From positions 62,001-126,000 of the forward strand of contig NIVC01000562.1 of the NCBI GenBank assembly GCA_002269645.1: a stretch of 64,000 nucleotides of DNA, read 5' to 3'. The translations under genes and the position numbers were made by a program. Shown here piece after piece: positions 35,801 to 49,184 of the stretch (position 1 is its first letter; every line of letters begins with the position of its first letter). Below the pieces are notes generated by a model. It saw only the letters and a program-made list of their open reading frames with translations, searched no databases and was not told the origin of the DNA. The DNA comes from Macrostomum lignano (Eukaryota).

Positions 35801-38399
35801 TCTTTTTCGATTCTTGCAGTTATTTTTACTTCTATCGATAGCTTTCAATTTTGTCTGTTTTGAATCCACTCTGCCTGAAGCTCCGCTGTGCTTTGTGATT
35901 CCCTGTGCCTGATGATTCCCTGTGCCTGATGATTCCCTGTGCCTGATGATTCCCTGTGCTTGATGACTCCCTGTGCTTTGTGATTCCCTGTGCCTGATGC
36001 TCCCCTGTGCCTTGTGATTTCCTGTGTCTGATGCTTCCCTGTGCCTGATGATTCCCTGTGCCTGATGATTCCCTGTGCCTGATGATTCCCTGTGCCTGAT
36101 GATTCCCTGTGCCTGATGATTCCCTGTGCCTGCAGATTCCCTGTGCTTGATGACTCCCTGTGCTTTGTGATTCCCTGTGCCTGATGCTCCTCTGTGCCTT
36201 GTGATTTCCTGTGTCTGATGCTTCCCTGTGCCTGATGATTCCCTGTGCCTGATGATTCCCTGTGCCTGCAGATTCCCTGTGCCTGATGATTCCCTGTGCC
36301 TGATGATTCCCTGTGCCTGCAGATTCCCTGTGCCTGATGATTCCCTGTGCCTGATGATTCCCTGTGCCTGTTGATTCCCTGTGCCTGATGATTCCCTGTG
36401 CCTGCAGATTCCCTGTGCTTGATGACTCCCTGTGCTTTGTGATTCCCTGTGCCTGATGCTCCTCTGTGCCTTGTGATTTCCTGTGTCTGATGCTTCCCTG
36501 TGCCTGATGATTCCCTGTGCCTGATGATTCCCTGTGTCTGCAGATTCCCTGTGCCTGATGATTCCCTGTGCCTGATGATTCCCTGTGCCTGCAGATTCCC
36601 TGTGCCTGATGATTCCCTGTGCCTGATGATTCCCTGTGCCTGTTGATTCCCTGTGCCTGCAGATTCCCTGTGCCTGATGATTCCCTGTGCCTGATGATTC
36701 CCTGTGCCTGTTGATTCCCTGTGCCTGATGATTCCCTGTGCCTGATGATTCCCTGTGCCTGATGATTCCCTGTGCCTGATGATTCCCTGTGCCTGCAGAT
36801 TCCCTGTGCCTGATGATTCCCTGTGCCTGATGATTCCCTGTGCCTGTTGATTCCCTGTGCCTGCAGATTCCCTGTGCCTGATGATTCCCTGTGCCTGATG
36901 ATTCCCTGTGCCTGATGCTTCCCTGTGCCTGTTGATTCCCTGTTCCTGTTGCTCCCCTGTGCCTTGTGATTCCCTGTGCCGGTTGATTCCCTGTTCCTGT
37001 TGCTCCCCTGTGCCTTGTGATTCCCTGTGCCGGTTGGTTCCCTGTTCCTGTTGCTCCCCTGTGCCTTGTGATTCCCTGTGCCGGTTGATTCCCTGTACCT
37101 GATGATTCCCTGTGCTTGATGACTCCCTGTGCTTTGTGATTCCCTGTGCCTGATGATTCCCTGTTCCTGATGCTTCCCTGTGCTTGATGATTCCCCCTTT
37201 CGCGATCTTTCATTGTCTAACTAGTTCCGGGTCTTTCTCAAGAGTATTCTCTAAGAAAGCTTTAACAAGCTTGAAGTCATACAGAGTTTGGCGCAATTAA
37301 ACTTAAATCTTCAAGTTTTACTGCCGTTACGCGGGATTGTCATTAATTAAAGCACAGAAATGTTTTGCCGCTGTTTCCAAGTTTCAGCTAGCTAGCAATT
37401 TGTTGCTCAGGTGTGATTTCTGATTTTATGAGAGCCGAACTAGTTTTAAGCGCTTGAATTTTACTCCAGTAAAAAGTGTCTCCTTCATCAAATGATTCCC
37501 CACAGAAAAATGGGAATTGGTCAGCGCTAATTTTTCCCAATTTTATTTCACCTGCATCTTCTGTCACTTTAGAAGCGGTGGCGGCAGAAATCCCTCATAA
37601 ATTTGCTGCCATTTTATTGGGCCATTTCCCACGCTTTAGCGGTTACCGCTTGCGACAAGCCGTTTTTGTCACTTTTTAACGACTGACCTCGACTTGTAAT
37701 TGTTTTTCCCTTATAGTTGTAAAAATCCTTGTCCTGGCTTATTGCGACCTCATCCTGATGGGCCATTACTGTATTACTAATAGTAGGGTGTGTTTAATAT
37801 ATGCTCATCTGCTGCATAAAATTAATAATTTTTCACAAATTTAATACTTGATCTGACAATGGGATCTGACACTGGGATCTGACACTGGGATCTGACACTG
37901 GGATCTGACACTGGAATCTGACACTGGGATCTGACACTAGGGTCTGACAATGGGATCTGACACTGAGTGGGATCTGACACGTATCTGACACTAAGATCTG
38001 ACACGCATCTGACACTAGGATCTGACAATGGGATCTGACAACGTGAGTGAGATCTGATACTAGGATCTGACCCTCAGTAGCGACTAACATTTCGCATTGT
38101 GCCCTGTCACTGGGCGGTACCTGACGCTAGGCAATGGACATACGAGTAGTAAAGCGTAAGTGGCAGCCGCTCACCCTGCTCACAGATGAAGGACTCGCCA
38201 GTCCGAGACCGCCAGCTGAGGCTGGAAAATGATGATGAAGCTGTTGCGACTGCTGCTGCTGCGGGTGTTGCTGCTGCTGCTGCGGGTGACCTGTAGGGAA
38301 CAGTGGACTGCCGCCGCCGCCAGACGCTGCAGACATCGCGGACGCAGGGTTTTGAGTCGGCGGGTAGCAGGCAAAGGCTGATTGACAGGCGGCTTGCAT
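32835..38399 (-). CDS. IRX: Iroquois-class TALE homeodomain protein, ~494 aa; complement(join(32835..33199,33768..33981,34247..34600,35396..35722,38175..38399))
   Basis: Homeodomain [44 protein letters not shown]|[20 protein letters not shown]; IRO-box-like NRGIWCLA in the last exon. GT-AG junctions sum to 1485 nt. First exon is less certain than the homeobox exons. Confidence 0.9.
33243..33744. repeat. Composite minisatellite (~40-bp then ~29-bp units sharing GGTCCATTGCACTGCA), IRX intron 4
   Basis: Direct inspection. Confidence 0.95.
35890..37195. repeat. Minisatellite, 17-bp unit (CTGATGATTCCCTGTGC) with higher-order cassettes, IRX intron 1
   Basis: Direct inspection. Confidence 0.97.
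37848..38070. repeat. Minisatellite, 13-bp unit (TGGGATCTGACAC), IRX intron 1
   Basis: Direct inspection. Confidence 0.9.
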
Positions 38400-39117
38400 T
38401 GGTCAGGCAGTGGGCGCAGCGCTTATGATTTTGAACACCAACGCAAAGTTTAGGAAATCCGGGAGGCTGTCCCGCAGTGCCGCCCTTCGTGTTGGGAAGA
38501 AAAAGGCAAATCCAGGCAGACTCCATCCGGCAGGGTCCGCGCCAACCCCGGCTGAAGACCCTCTGCGCGCCGCCATTGGATCCCGCTGGTGGATCCGCTG
38601 GTGGATCCAAAACGCCAGCAACCAATGATGAAGCAACGCCAGCCAGTCAGTTTCACCATTCGGGTCCTCCCCATAGTCTCCTATTGCCCCAATTAATTTC
38701 TGACCATTATCGCGGACTTTGGTTTCTTGCCAGAAGAGGCAGGAGTTTCCTAGCTCAGGTTGAGGCTCAGTGCTGGCTTTTCAATTGCCAATTAACTGCA
38801 AAGGAAGTCTTGGCTGGCTGTAAAACTTGGGGGGACCCGATTTTAAGGAAGGGGGAGGGGTGGCGCAAGAAGGAACCGAATGGGGGGTTTGGGTGGTGGA
38901 GGTTCTGGGGAGACAATTATGATAAATTGCCCCTTGGAATTCGCTATTTTCACTAGCGAAACCACCGCACCCCCCCCTCCAGCATGGGCTGCGGGTGGTT
39001 TATGATCCCGATGGCTGCGGCTTTGAGTGTCTTTTCTGTCAACCATCCACAGTCTGCTTGCTCCTTCAATATGAAATATTAGATACTCAGATGAAAACTT
39101 AGCTGTGAGTAAAAGAG

Positions 39118-39690
39118 GGGATTTGAGGGTTGAATTAGGGATCTGAGGGTTGAATTTGGGATCTCAGGGTTGAATTTGGGATCTCAGGGTTGAATTTGGG
39201 ATCTGAGGGTTGTATTTTGGAATCTGAGGGTTGCATTTTGAAATCTGAGAGTTGCATTTTGGAATCTGAGAGTTGTATTTTGGAATCTGAGGGTTGCATT
39301 TTGAAATCTGAGAGTTGCATTTTGGAATCTGAGGGTTGCATTTTGGAATCTGAGAGTTGCATTTTGGAATCTGAGGGTTGCATTTTGGAATCTGAGAGTT
39401 GCATTTTGGAATCTGAGGGTTGCATTTTGGAATCTGAGGGTTGCATTTTGAAATCTGAGAGTTGCATTTTGGAATCTGAGGGTTGCATTTTGGAATCTGA
39501 GAGTTGCATTTTGGAATCTCAGGGTTGCATTTTGGAATCTCAGGGTTGCATTTTGGAATCTGAGGGTTGAATTTGGGATCTCAGGGTTGAATTTGGGATC
39601 TGAGGGTTGCATTTGGGATCCGAGGGCTGCAGTTTGGATCTGAGGGCTGCAGTTGTGATCTGAGTCTGAGTGTTGAATTTGAGACCCGAG
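39118..39690. repeat. Minisatellite, 21-bp unit (GGAATCTGAGGGTTGCATTTT)
   Basis: Direct inspection. Confidence 0.95.
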
Positions 39691-41667
39691 GGTTTTATAT
39701 TGACTTTATAAACCTAATATTAATCTGATAAACCCAATGTTAATCTGATGAGCCTAATGTTGAATTGATAAAGATAATATTAATCTGACAAAATTAGTAT
39801 CCTATCTGACTAATCCCGCACAATTCTAGCACAGCATATAAGCACTAATTCAGTAGTCACCCGCTAAGAGCAGAAAATGCAAGATTTAAAAAAAGGAATT
39901 TTTCTCAAGTGGAAAACGCAAGCGGAACCCCAATAATTAACAGCGGACCCGGGGCGAATGTGGAGTGAGTGATTAACAATTAGGCTATATTTAGAATGGC
40001 GACGATATCCGTCACTTCTGTCTCTAGATATATATATGCCTGTCCTATAGGGCCGGGGGCCTCTTGTCCTCAAGGACTTGAAGGAGTGGGTCCAGTGTGG
40101 AAACAAAGACCTTCGATGATAGCCTCTTGGAATTGGCGGGCCAGTCCAACGAGAGGATACTCGCTGCCAAAGGGGAGGAAGAACCAGGAACTCTTTTCCA
40201 GCTTCCAAGCTTTGCGGCCCGCGCTATCGGAGCTCTCCATCAGTTAACGGAAACTTCCGAAAGCAGTCGGGTTATCGCTGCCATTATTATTCAGCTCATT
40301 CTGCATCGAAAAGAAACGCACGGTGACCTCTCTGCTATCCGGAGTCCCCCCCCCTCACGAATGTCTAGAGAATATCATTTAGCAAGTCGCTCGCATTGCT
40401 TGTCGGGCAAACAAAGACCTAGTTCTGCTGCTGAACAAAAAAGCTTAGACTGGGATAATTAGCTCCGTGCCACCCCCCTCCAGACTCCCCTCCTATCTGC
40501 GAATCTATCCTTCCTTCTTCTCTCCTTCCCAAATTATCAACAACTTTTGCCTGCCGGAGCCATCCATTCCTGAAGAGACTTGGCTTTCATCCGGGCCGGT
40601 CCAGGACAGAAATTATCTGTGCCGCTGTTGAAACAGGGATCTAAGAGAGTTGACAGATTTTTAACTTCTTAAAAAAGGAAAGCTGGGTAAAAAATGACAA
40701 AAAATGACTGATGTCGGAGTTCGAAGGCGGGACTATCCGGTCTCTGCTTCTTCTTCTGGAAGAAACTGGCAATATTAAGTGAAAGCTCTTGCTCCAAATG
40801 TTTCAGTTGCTAGGGCCAGAACGTTTTTTTCAAAAGCAAATCACCCAGAGCCCCCGCCCCTGTTTGGCTCGGCTTAACAGGAATGCCGAATCACCATCGG
40901 GTCGCGTCCATTGTCCTTATCAGCCTCTGCAAGCCTCTGCATCCGGGCGCCAGCTCACAGATTCTGCGCAATTGTTGCGGCAAAGCAGCATTCGATGTTA
41001 AAAGTCAGCTAAAAACAAGAGGAGCTGATTCCGTTTTGGCCCTGATGAATAGCTGGCCAGCCCGGTTCTGACAGTAACCACGGCTGGCGATTTGGCTCTG
41101 GGAGAACTCGCATCGCTCAGTGCAGTTGAAGGACCGTTAAGAATAAGGCAAATCGCTTTTGTGCTAGGCGTGTTGGGCAGCTAGGCCTATTAAAAATAGT
41201 TTACAGTGCTTAACAGCAGCATAACAACGGCTAGAGCATCAGATTGCTTTACTCAGACTCTATACTTATGATGATTGTTTGTCATTGTACAACCCGACAT
41301 GTTCAAGTTTCCACCCAGAACTGCTTTCGGGGTGGAATCTTTAACATATTGCTGACTGTGAATGCATTGCGCGTGTTTTTCATGTGAGGTTGTAACAAAA
41401 TTATTCATATATTTAATTTATGCAAGGAAACAATTCTACTCAAAAAATTATGTCAATGCGACTTCGAAGATAATCTTCGTATGGACAGCTTCCGGGTCAT
41501 TCAAAGTGAGCATTGAGACTAAGGAAAACTAAGGTTGAAAAAGTTAGGGTGCGAAGCGTTTTTTGCAAAAAAATCACAATTTTGCACCTTTGCACTTCAG
41601 GATCGTAATGAAGAAAAAGTTTCCCAACCCCAAAACCGGTGGTAAACTTTTCTCAGACCTCAGTCTC

Positions 41668-41850
41668 AAGTGACGGAATTCACACCACGCCCGCGGTTCG
41701 CGTCTCAACAGACAGTGGGTGATGCAATTTGCGTCACAGAGGCCCCAGCTTTGGCTGGTGAGGAGAGACAGTGGAGAGTTGTGGCTTGAGTTGGATTAAA
41801 GCTGACCACTGGCTTCGGGGTGGAAGCTCTTCATGTTGTGAGTGCGCGTG
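41668..41850 (+). repeat. Dispersed repeat family C (second copy at ~48343-48490)
   Basis: Shared CAAGTGACG...GGTTCGCGTCT...GTGGGTGATGCA...GTGGCTTGAGTTGG...GCTGACCAC...TTCGG. Confidence 0.6.
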
Positions 41851-41927
41851 TTATGAATATTTTCTGAGCAATAAGATGATGACACCGACAATGCGCCCTC
41901 AAATCGGATTTGAATTTGCTTGGTCGA

Positions 41928-42258
41928 GGGGGCTGTAGCCTAGTGGTTAGAGTGTGGGACTCCGACTTGAAGGTCAGGGGTTCGATTCCCGATCCCACTG
42001 GAACAATTTGTGTCCTTGAGCAAGACACTTGACTCTGCATTGCTTCAGTTCACCCAGCTGTAAAATGGGTGCCAGCATTAGCTGGGGTAACTGAGGCTGT
42101 GTGTGGCCACCCCCCAGTCCTTGGACTGAACAGCCGTACGCAACCTTCAGATGCGCCGCGCAATAGCTGCGGCTGAGCTGTCGGTTGCACATCTGACCCA
42201 ATTGGGGCAGAATCAATCAATTAATCCAGTGTAATCAATTATTATATTATTATTATTT
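41928..42258 (+). mobile_element. tRNA-derived SINE family B, near full length
   Basis: TAGCCTAGTGGTTAGAG A box, GGTTCGATTCC B box, CORE-like domain, ATT-rich tail. Confidence 0.82.
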
Positions 42259-42517
42259 GTAGAGAAAAATGAACTGGAGACATGGGTACAACTTAGACTA
42301 AAACTTTACAAACATGTCAATCAACCCCAGAAATAATGTACACACAGTAAACAGTTCCATGTTCCTTAATTCTGTAATAAAAAAGTTGAGAAACTTCTCA
42401 GAGAAAAAACGGTTTATAGATAAATTTGCACGATTTGAAAGTGTAGCAAGATGGGCATGCTATCAAGATACACTACAGGTTAATCACAGAACACTGAATG
42501 TAGCTTTGAGAACAGAG

Positions 42518-42820
42518 CAACTCTGTTGTGAACGCGTCTGAGTCTCGTTCCGCGACCCCTGGTTCGATTCCGTGCGCGAACACGTTCATCTGAGGCTTGT
42601 GCGTGAAATTGGCCTGGGGTTGTCGTGCGATTCACAGCGGTGAGGACCAACCCCCAAGGCACAGAGAGTGCACATGCCTGACAGGATTAGAAAGTCAAGG
42701 CTGCTGTACACCCTGTGTGAGCGTGTGCATGAGTGCTGTGCCTGCGTACAGCATTGGCGAGCTCGCATGTGCTCAGGAGTCAGCGGGATCGGCAGAATTG
42801 CCTCAGCGCTATTTGTGGTA
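42518..42820 (+). mobile_element. tRNA-derived SINE family A copy
   Basis: B box GGTTCGATTCC at ~42560; similar to the 8930, 11349 and 23940 copies. Confidence 0.7.
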
Positions 42821-45800
42821 GAATGTCACCCACAGCCTTCTTGTCCATTAACAGCTTGCATTGGTAATTGCTGTCCAACAATTTAAGTAAAACAAATTTT
42901 AAAAACAACTGCAGCATTATGCAACGCAAACTCCGCCATAAGCGGGTACAGCTGATGACAGATGAAGTGCGTGCTGGTCTACTGGGCGCCTTCTTTCAGT
43001 AATTTTACGACCCAATTACTAGAGGAAAACGCGAACGCAAAAAGGCTGCATGAAGGCGAAGCTGACAAAGTTAGCAAAAAATCACTCGACTTCCTTCTTG
43101 TTGTTTTCTGGTGGTCGCCTTCGCGTGTTGAATTTTTCATAGAACGCAGCAACCTCGCGGACACGAAAATTTATGCGCGCAGGAGGCGTTCGAGCGTCAA
43201 GTCGCGATCTGCCCAGCGTGCCAAAGCTAAGATTTATAAATCTTCAAGCTGCATAGATGCGACCAAACTTACTACAAACTTATTACTACAAACAAGGCTT
43301 ATACAGCGCCGATCATCTCGCTGTCAGCCGGGTCTACAGGGCTAAGACTATAATCCGCTAGTGGGCAAGCGGCGCTACCACCGACTGGCATAGCAAAGCA
43401 ACAACTGCAGGCCGGGAGGGCTTTGGCTGTTTGTAAAACATGACTACAAATTTTGCTAAGCAGAAGCGGCAGTCCGTTTGCGCGCATCGCGCCGCCACCC
43501 ACCCCATCCGGAGAGGCGAGGGACAAGGAGAGGAGAGAGAGAGAGAGAGAGCTTAGACCGCGCGAGTTTCAACGCGACGCGACGGGACCACAAATTATAA
43601 ACGGCAATACGAAGGTGAGAAATTAGCAACAAATGCGGCGCCGGGTCCCCCTTATTTCCCGACTGTGGTGGAGAGGAGAGAAGAAAAAACACGGGGAAGG
43701 GGGAAGCTGGGTGGGGCGCTGGGCGGTCATCGCGGACCCGCGTCTCCTGCATCGTTGCCCGTGTCGCTCTGTCATCTAGAGCTACCCTTGCCGCCATCGC
43801 AGTCTCCCGCCGCTGTCCCAGCATTCCCGAGGCGGAGGGGAGATGAGGGAATGCCAATCGTCGTCTCCGCCTGTCACTTGGAAGTTACCAGAAGCAAATT
43901 ACTTTGGCGTTCTGTTATTTAGAAACCGAGAGAGAGAGAGAGAGAGGAAAAGAGAGATGAAGGACAAGATGGTAAAACGTTAATACGAGCGTTCAACAAG
44001 TTTTGTGTGTTTTCTGTCTGCGGATCTTTTAACTGTTTTTAGTGAGGTTGAAAAGTTATTTCAACCAAAACCAGTCGGTTTGAATTTGAATGAACAGCAC
44101 TCGTGTAGATTCAAGCAGAGCCCTAACGGCAGGCACTAGCCAGCGTACGACAAAGTTGGCTTTGACGCTCTTCGCATCAAATCGAGACCGAGACAATTAG
44201 CTTCCTATTCCGGTGTGCGCCCTCTCAGGTCCCCAGCTACGCAACCGAGCCCAGCTAATATTGAGGCAATCAAAATTTTGATGACCAACAGACGATGGGG
44301 CAGGATCGGCAACATAGATAAAGCCCCCAACTTGCAGCCTCTTCGCAGCTTCAACCAAGCAGCAGCTGCGCGATGCGAGGACACAATTATTTCGCTGTGT
44401 TTATGGCGCCGCTTGAGGCATGTGGAGCTGCGTTGCATCACACCCTGCCCCATAGTAGTTGGCAACCAGAGAGTTTCAAGATTGAAACCCAAGTAGCGAA
44501 TTTGTATGATGTAAAATTCACCGAATTCATATTGCCGGTCTGTGTGAACAGGACGCGGCTGTGTCCTCGGGAACCCGGTTTGGCGGTGAGAAAATTTCCG
44601 AGAGAGGGAGAGAGTAGCTAATAGAGCGAGCTTGTCTGAAGAGAAAGACGGCCGGCGGTCAATTCTAAAGCCATTTGTCCACCCCCGTCTTCACTCCAGT
44701 CCCTCAGCGCCGCCCCTCTCCCCGTGCAAAATCATTAGTGATTTTCTCCAGTCAGTTGGTCCAGTCCCGATAGTCCCAGGAACTGGCGACTGCCGCAGCA
44801 ACGAAGACTGGACAACAGCCCAGCGGTCACTTCATTCTCTTCAAAACATATTTCCTACATAAAATGTGATGGGTTGAACAAGAGAAACGCGCGTATCAAC
44901 GGCTTGACGTATCGTGACATTGGCATGTTTTGGCATAGCAACACCCCTTACTAAGCTGGCCAGCTCTGGGCGCATTACTACCAATCAACGCGGCGCATTT
45001 TTGTCATTTTCCATCTAGCCATCCATCCGTTGGGGATTTTGGCGTTGGGGCGAAAAAATCACACGCTATATTGGGCCTGCTATCATCCGGAGAAAGTTGA
45101 AGAGAGAGACCCATGGATTGGGACATGTGTTACTAGCGCGTCAAACATTTTGTTTTCTATATGCCGGATCAGATCAAGTAAAGGAGCCGGAACCCCCAGG
45201 TCATTTCCAGCGCCAGCCTTGCCAACAACTGGGAAATTGTTTCTGACCTGCTGCGATTCCAACGGAATTCGACTGTTTTAGCGCGCAAATGCCCCGTGTC
45301 CTGGGAGGGGATTGAAAAGAGCCAATTCGTGTTTAGCAGATCGATTGAAAAACAACGGAGAGCGCGGGAGTGGCAGTGTCATGTCTTGTACGCATCATTC
45401 AGAGCTAGTATTCAGATTGGGACAATCGGGACGTTGATGGCACCTTTGCTTTCCAAGCAGAGAGTACAAGCAGGTAACTAATCAGCAAGTTGACATCCTA
45501 TCATGCGTCAGATTCATTGAGCAGGTGATGTTATGGAGTAGTTTTTGCTGATCAGTTGTAGTTCTTGGTTGGGGTCAGCCTGTTGAGCATAGCCTGTGCT
45601 GATCAGCTGTAGTTCTTGGTTGGGGGTCAGCTTGTCAGGGAGCTATCAAGTAGCCAATGAAACCAGATGAATGTTCACTGAATTTTTGCATTAACGCACT
45701 CAATCTGAGCTTAGTACTCTATTAATTTGTTCATTGTCTTCTCAAAAACAGGATTCTCTTCCCACTGTCATGACCCGACATGAGGTGTTACAGCTTTGTT

Positions 45801-45904
45801 CAATTTTTTGACTACAGCTGTGGGTGACGAGCTAGATAATAAACAAATTTCAAAAACATCAACATCTTTGTTTCATCAACAAAGTTCACCAAAGGCGGTG
45901 TCAG

Positions 45905-46330
45905 ATCAGTTTTCTCAGAGCGAGCTCTATGAAGACGGCAACAGCGTGCGCCTGGCCGATCACCCCAGCGTCATCCAGCTAGCAGTCCACGTAGTTGCGC
46001 GCCTGGCCGTAGCCCCGGCGCCACGGGGCATGCATCGAGAGCAGCAGGACGTCCTGCGCCGGTTGAGGGCAGTAGGCCTCTGCACGGATGGTGTGCCCCG
46101 CCAGTTGAAGTCTTCACCTGCGGAGGGTCTCGCTAGGTGGTCGCAGCCCTGCGCAGTCGTGGAGGCTGTGTTGGAGACTGCGTCAGGTAGCTGATGCTGA
46201 AGGCGGGCTCTCAGCAGAGCCGAGTGTGCTGCGTCTAACCGCTTCTCCAGAGCGTCCGTCAGCGTCCACGTCTCGACGTTGTAGATCAGGACGGTTTTGA
46301 CTACCACCTGAAACAGCCGGGCCCTCATGC
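45905..46330 (-). mobile_element. 5'-truncated, degenerate RTE-like LINE 3' end (C-terminus of the RT ORF)
   Basis: RARLFQVVVKTVLIYNVETWTLTDALEKRLDAAHSALLRA, then after a frameshift RR*RLQLAGHTIR, typical of the non-LTR post-RT region; in-frame stops. Confidence 0.7.
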
Positions 46331-48342
46331 AGTAAAACACAATTCAACAAGGAGATGCTAGGCCAGAAAACAACCGACTTTGTCTTCTCTTCCCAACCCT
46401 GCTTTTGCCCCCCCTTCCCCTAGGGGACGACGAGGCACCGTTGCAAATTGGTTGTAGCTCAGTGAGGCAAAATCCGGTGTTTATCAACAGTCAAATGCAT
46501 AAATCCAACTGAACCAATGCAACAAAGAAGATCTGGAATTTGGTAGCTGAGCTAAACGGAATGAAATTTCTATACTTTCGATTTCACGGTCTCTTGATTC
46601 ATTTCTTAACCAAATCTCTGTTGCTTTTATATTCCGTCTTTTGATCAAAGCCGAGTTGGTTGCTGGGCGCACACGGGAGCTAAACATAGTTCTCCAGGCG
46701 GTCCACCCCGACCCCCCGCTGGTTCCCGGCAACAGCAACAGATTCCGCTCCCGGGTTAGTCGAGGTTTCTTCGGAAATTTCGATTTCCAAGAAATCTAGA
46801 TGCCAATCAAGCCGACGAAGCTAATTCAAAGCTGCAGCTCTGCATTTGGCCGTCAAAAAATTTTTGATGGCGCCGATAAGGCTCTGCCTAAACTGAAACT
46901 GAATGAACGATGTCGGATGCAAGAAGTTGAAAACAGCTCCGGAGTCAAGTACGCTTGTGAAGACGCAGTATCACTAGGTCGAAAGTTGGATAAGTCCAGA
47001 ACCAACTGTGAAATTTAGCAAGCTAGTCCACGCCATACAAGCTCTCCTTCGGACGTGTAGTACCACAAGAAGTGTATGCAGCTACCGAATTGAGGAGAAA
47101 CAAATTACATTTAAGGTGCAATAAGTATCAAGTCAAATAAAAGTATTTATTTTATTTATTTATTTACACACATACAGACAACTCATTTTTAGTATATAGG
47201 AAGGCGTACATGATGGTTTTGTTTTGAAATTTTCAACAATCCATCCTCACTGCTGAATGGATTGAACAGAGAGGCCAGATTGTGCAGAGCTACAGGTATT
47301 GATGCGCGAGCAAATTTAACCCAACAACACGGCCGGTGCAATATTTATACATTGCGAAGCAAGCCCCAGAATCCGAAGTATTTGAATGGAAATTCACGCG
47401 GACGGACCCAAAACAGAAGAAGAAAGTGGGAGAACTGGCGGGTTTAGGGTGAAGGCAGTTGGAGATTCAGCGCAACATGACGCGTCTTGTCAACACTCAT
47501 GTTCCAGGAGGTGCAGCAGCCAGCGCAACATCTCAGCTCGATACGAGGTGCGGCTTCATCTCTTGACCCCTTCAGCTTCCCGCGTCTGATATCGGACTCT
47601 GGAAATCGTGAAACGCGAAAGTGGAGGAACAAGTCGGGCGCCTCTTGGTGAAAAAAGCCAAGCGAAGAATCCCACGCCTTACATTCAGGCAGGGCTCCCC
47701 TCCTTCCCGGTCAAAATGTCTAAACTCGAATTGGCTGCGCCAAACCTTCGTCCAATTTCTGCCAAGGGATTCCTCAGGTCTCCGGCCTCGCAGCTTCCCC
47801 CCTCACCTCGCTTAGATGATGCGGCACGCAGATAAAATAATCATGGGGTTCAGGTGATGAGGCTGACGCTGAGCGCGGCTGCAGGTTGAAGCCTGTCGGA
47901 CTAAATATTCATCGGGCCTACTTTCGAGGGGTCCAATTTCTTTGAAAAACCTCTTCGTGTTGTTCTATTTCGCCAACTCTCTCAGCTCCTTAACGCCAGC
48001 GCATTGTATAAGGGGCGGGAGGTTAGAGGAGATAATGAAATAACAACAAAGCTATTGGCCTGCTGCAGGTGCTGCAGGTGCCTGGCCACAGCTGGAACAT
48101 CGGACGCTTGTGTTGCTACATACTTCGTGTTTGCGGGACTGGGCACACCTACGGGTGTAGGGGATTCGTTAGAACCATTGCGGAGGAAATTCTGCAAAGG
48201 GATCAGGTTTCACTGATGAATATTAAAAAAATAGAAATCTGAATGACTAAAAAGCTTCAGATTTTATACCAGTAATATCAATGAGCACGAACTAACTTGG
48301 ATTTTATGTTCTGGCCATATGAGCAACCTGTAGATTTTAGTC

Positions 48343-48490
48343 CCAAGTGACGCAAAGCCTGGGGTTCGCGTCTAAACTGTGGGTGATGCAGTTTGGCTAG
48401 AGAATTGTGGTGGCTTGAGTTGGTTTAGAGCTGCCACTTGCTGACCACCTGTTTTCGGTGTGGGAACTTTAACATGCTGTTGAGTGCATG
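48343..48490 (+). repeat. Dispersed repeat family C copy
   Basis: Similar to 41668-41850. Confidence 0.6.
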
Positions 48491-48559
48491 TGCGGGATTA
48501 AACTCGGGTCTATAGGATACATAGACCAATGCATACATGGCCTACCACACATTCAGTCG

Positions 48560-48800
48560 CAGCTTCCAAGCTTCAATTCGCTGCATGTCTACCACTGCAA
48601 TCTGACAATCACCAACAAAACGCCCAGACTTAATTTTCTTACTCTTGCAGCGGATTCATTACAGCTAACACCACAGAGTATGAGGAATTCGTGATTAATG
48701 AAGTCGACAAAGATAGCATCTAAAGCAACATCTTGGCTGGTAAGTTCAGTGCACCAAATATTTGGTACAGTACGGCTTGTTTCAGAAGCGCTGCACAGTT
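48560..48800 (-). mobile_element. Possible LINE reverse transcriptase fragment
   Basis: ALDAIFVDFINHEFL resembles the RT motif DAIFxDFSKAFDxINH with a deletion. Confidence 0.3.
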
Positions 48801-49184
48801 TTGAAATCATTTTTACACTGCTAGCTTGATGAACAGCTTAAAATTCTGATTTTGATTTTGACCATGCAGTGACGTAGAATAAAATCAATGCAATTTACGA
48901 GTATTTCAAAGATGACCTATTAACATCAGTTCTTCAAGCTAATTACGACACTCATGCGATGCGAATCTATACACGTAGCTCGTAAACGCGGACTTGAAGA
49001 AGGCTAATGAAATTGGAGCTGAAAATGCTTTAACCTATTTGATGCTTTGCAGGTCCGGGCAGACCGTGCGGGCGCATATTGACAGGTTTTCTAAAGGAAC
49101 TTGGCAGAGTAAAGGTAAAGATATAAAACTGTTGCTAGCTAGTTCAGTAATTTTAACCGGGGTAAGACATGGGGAGGGTGGTGG

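Noticed and set aside
35890-36900. Many CTGATGA motifs as C/D-box or hammerhead cores
   Set aside because: Part of the repeat unit; no GAAA core or terminal stems.
35372-37213. 613-aa ORF with [15 protein letters not shown] repeats
   Set aside because: Read-through of the 17-bp array; only 35396-35722 is supported as an IRX exon.
41928-42000. tRNA genes at A/B-box sequences
   Set aside because: No complete cloverleaf; each head continues into a shared repeat body, so these are SINEs.
48205-48270. Hammerhead-like CTGATGA...GAAA with TCTGAA/TTCAGA stem
   Set aside because: Stem II closing pair is A-A and stem I pairs poorly; likely chance in AT-rich DNA.
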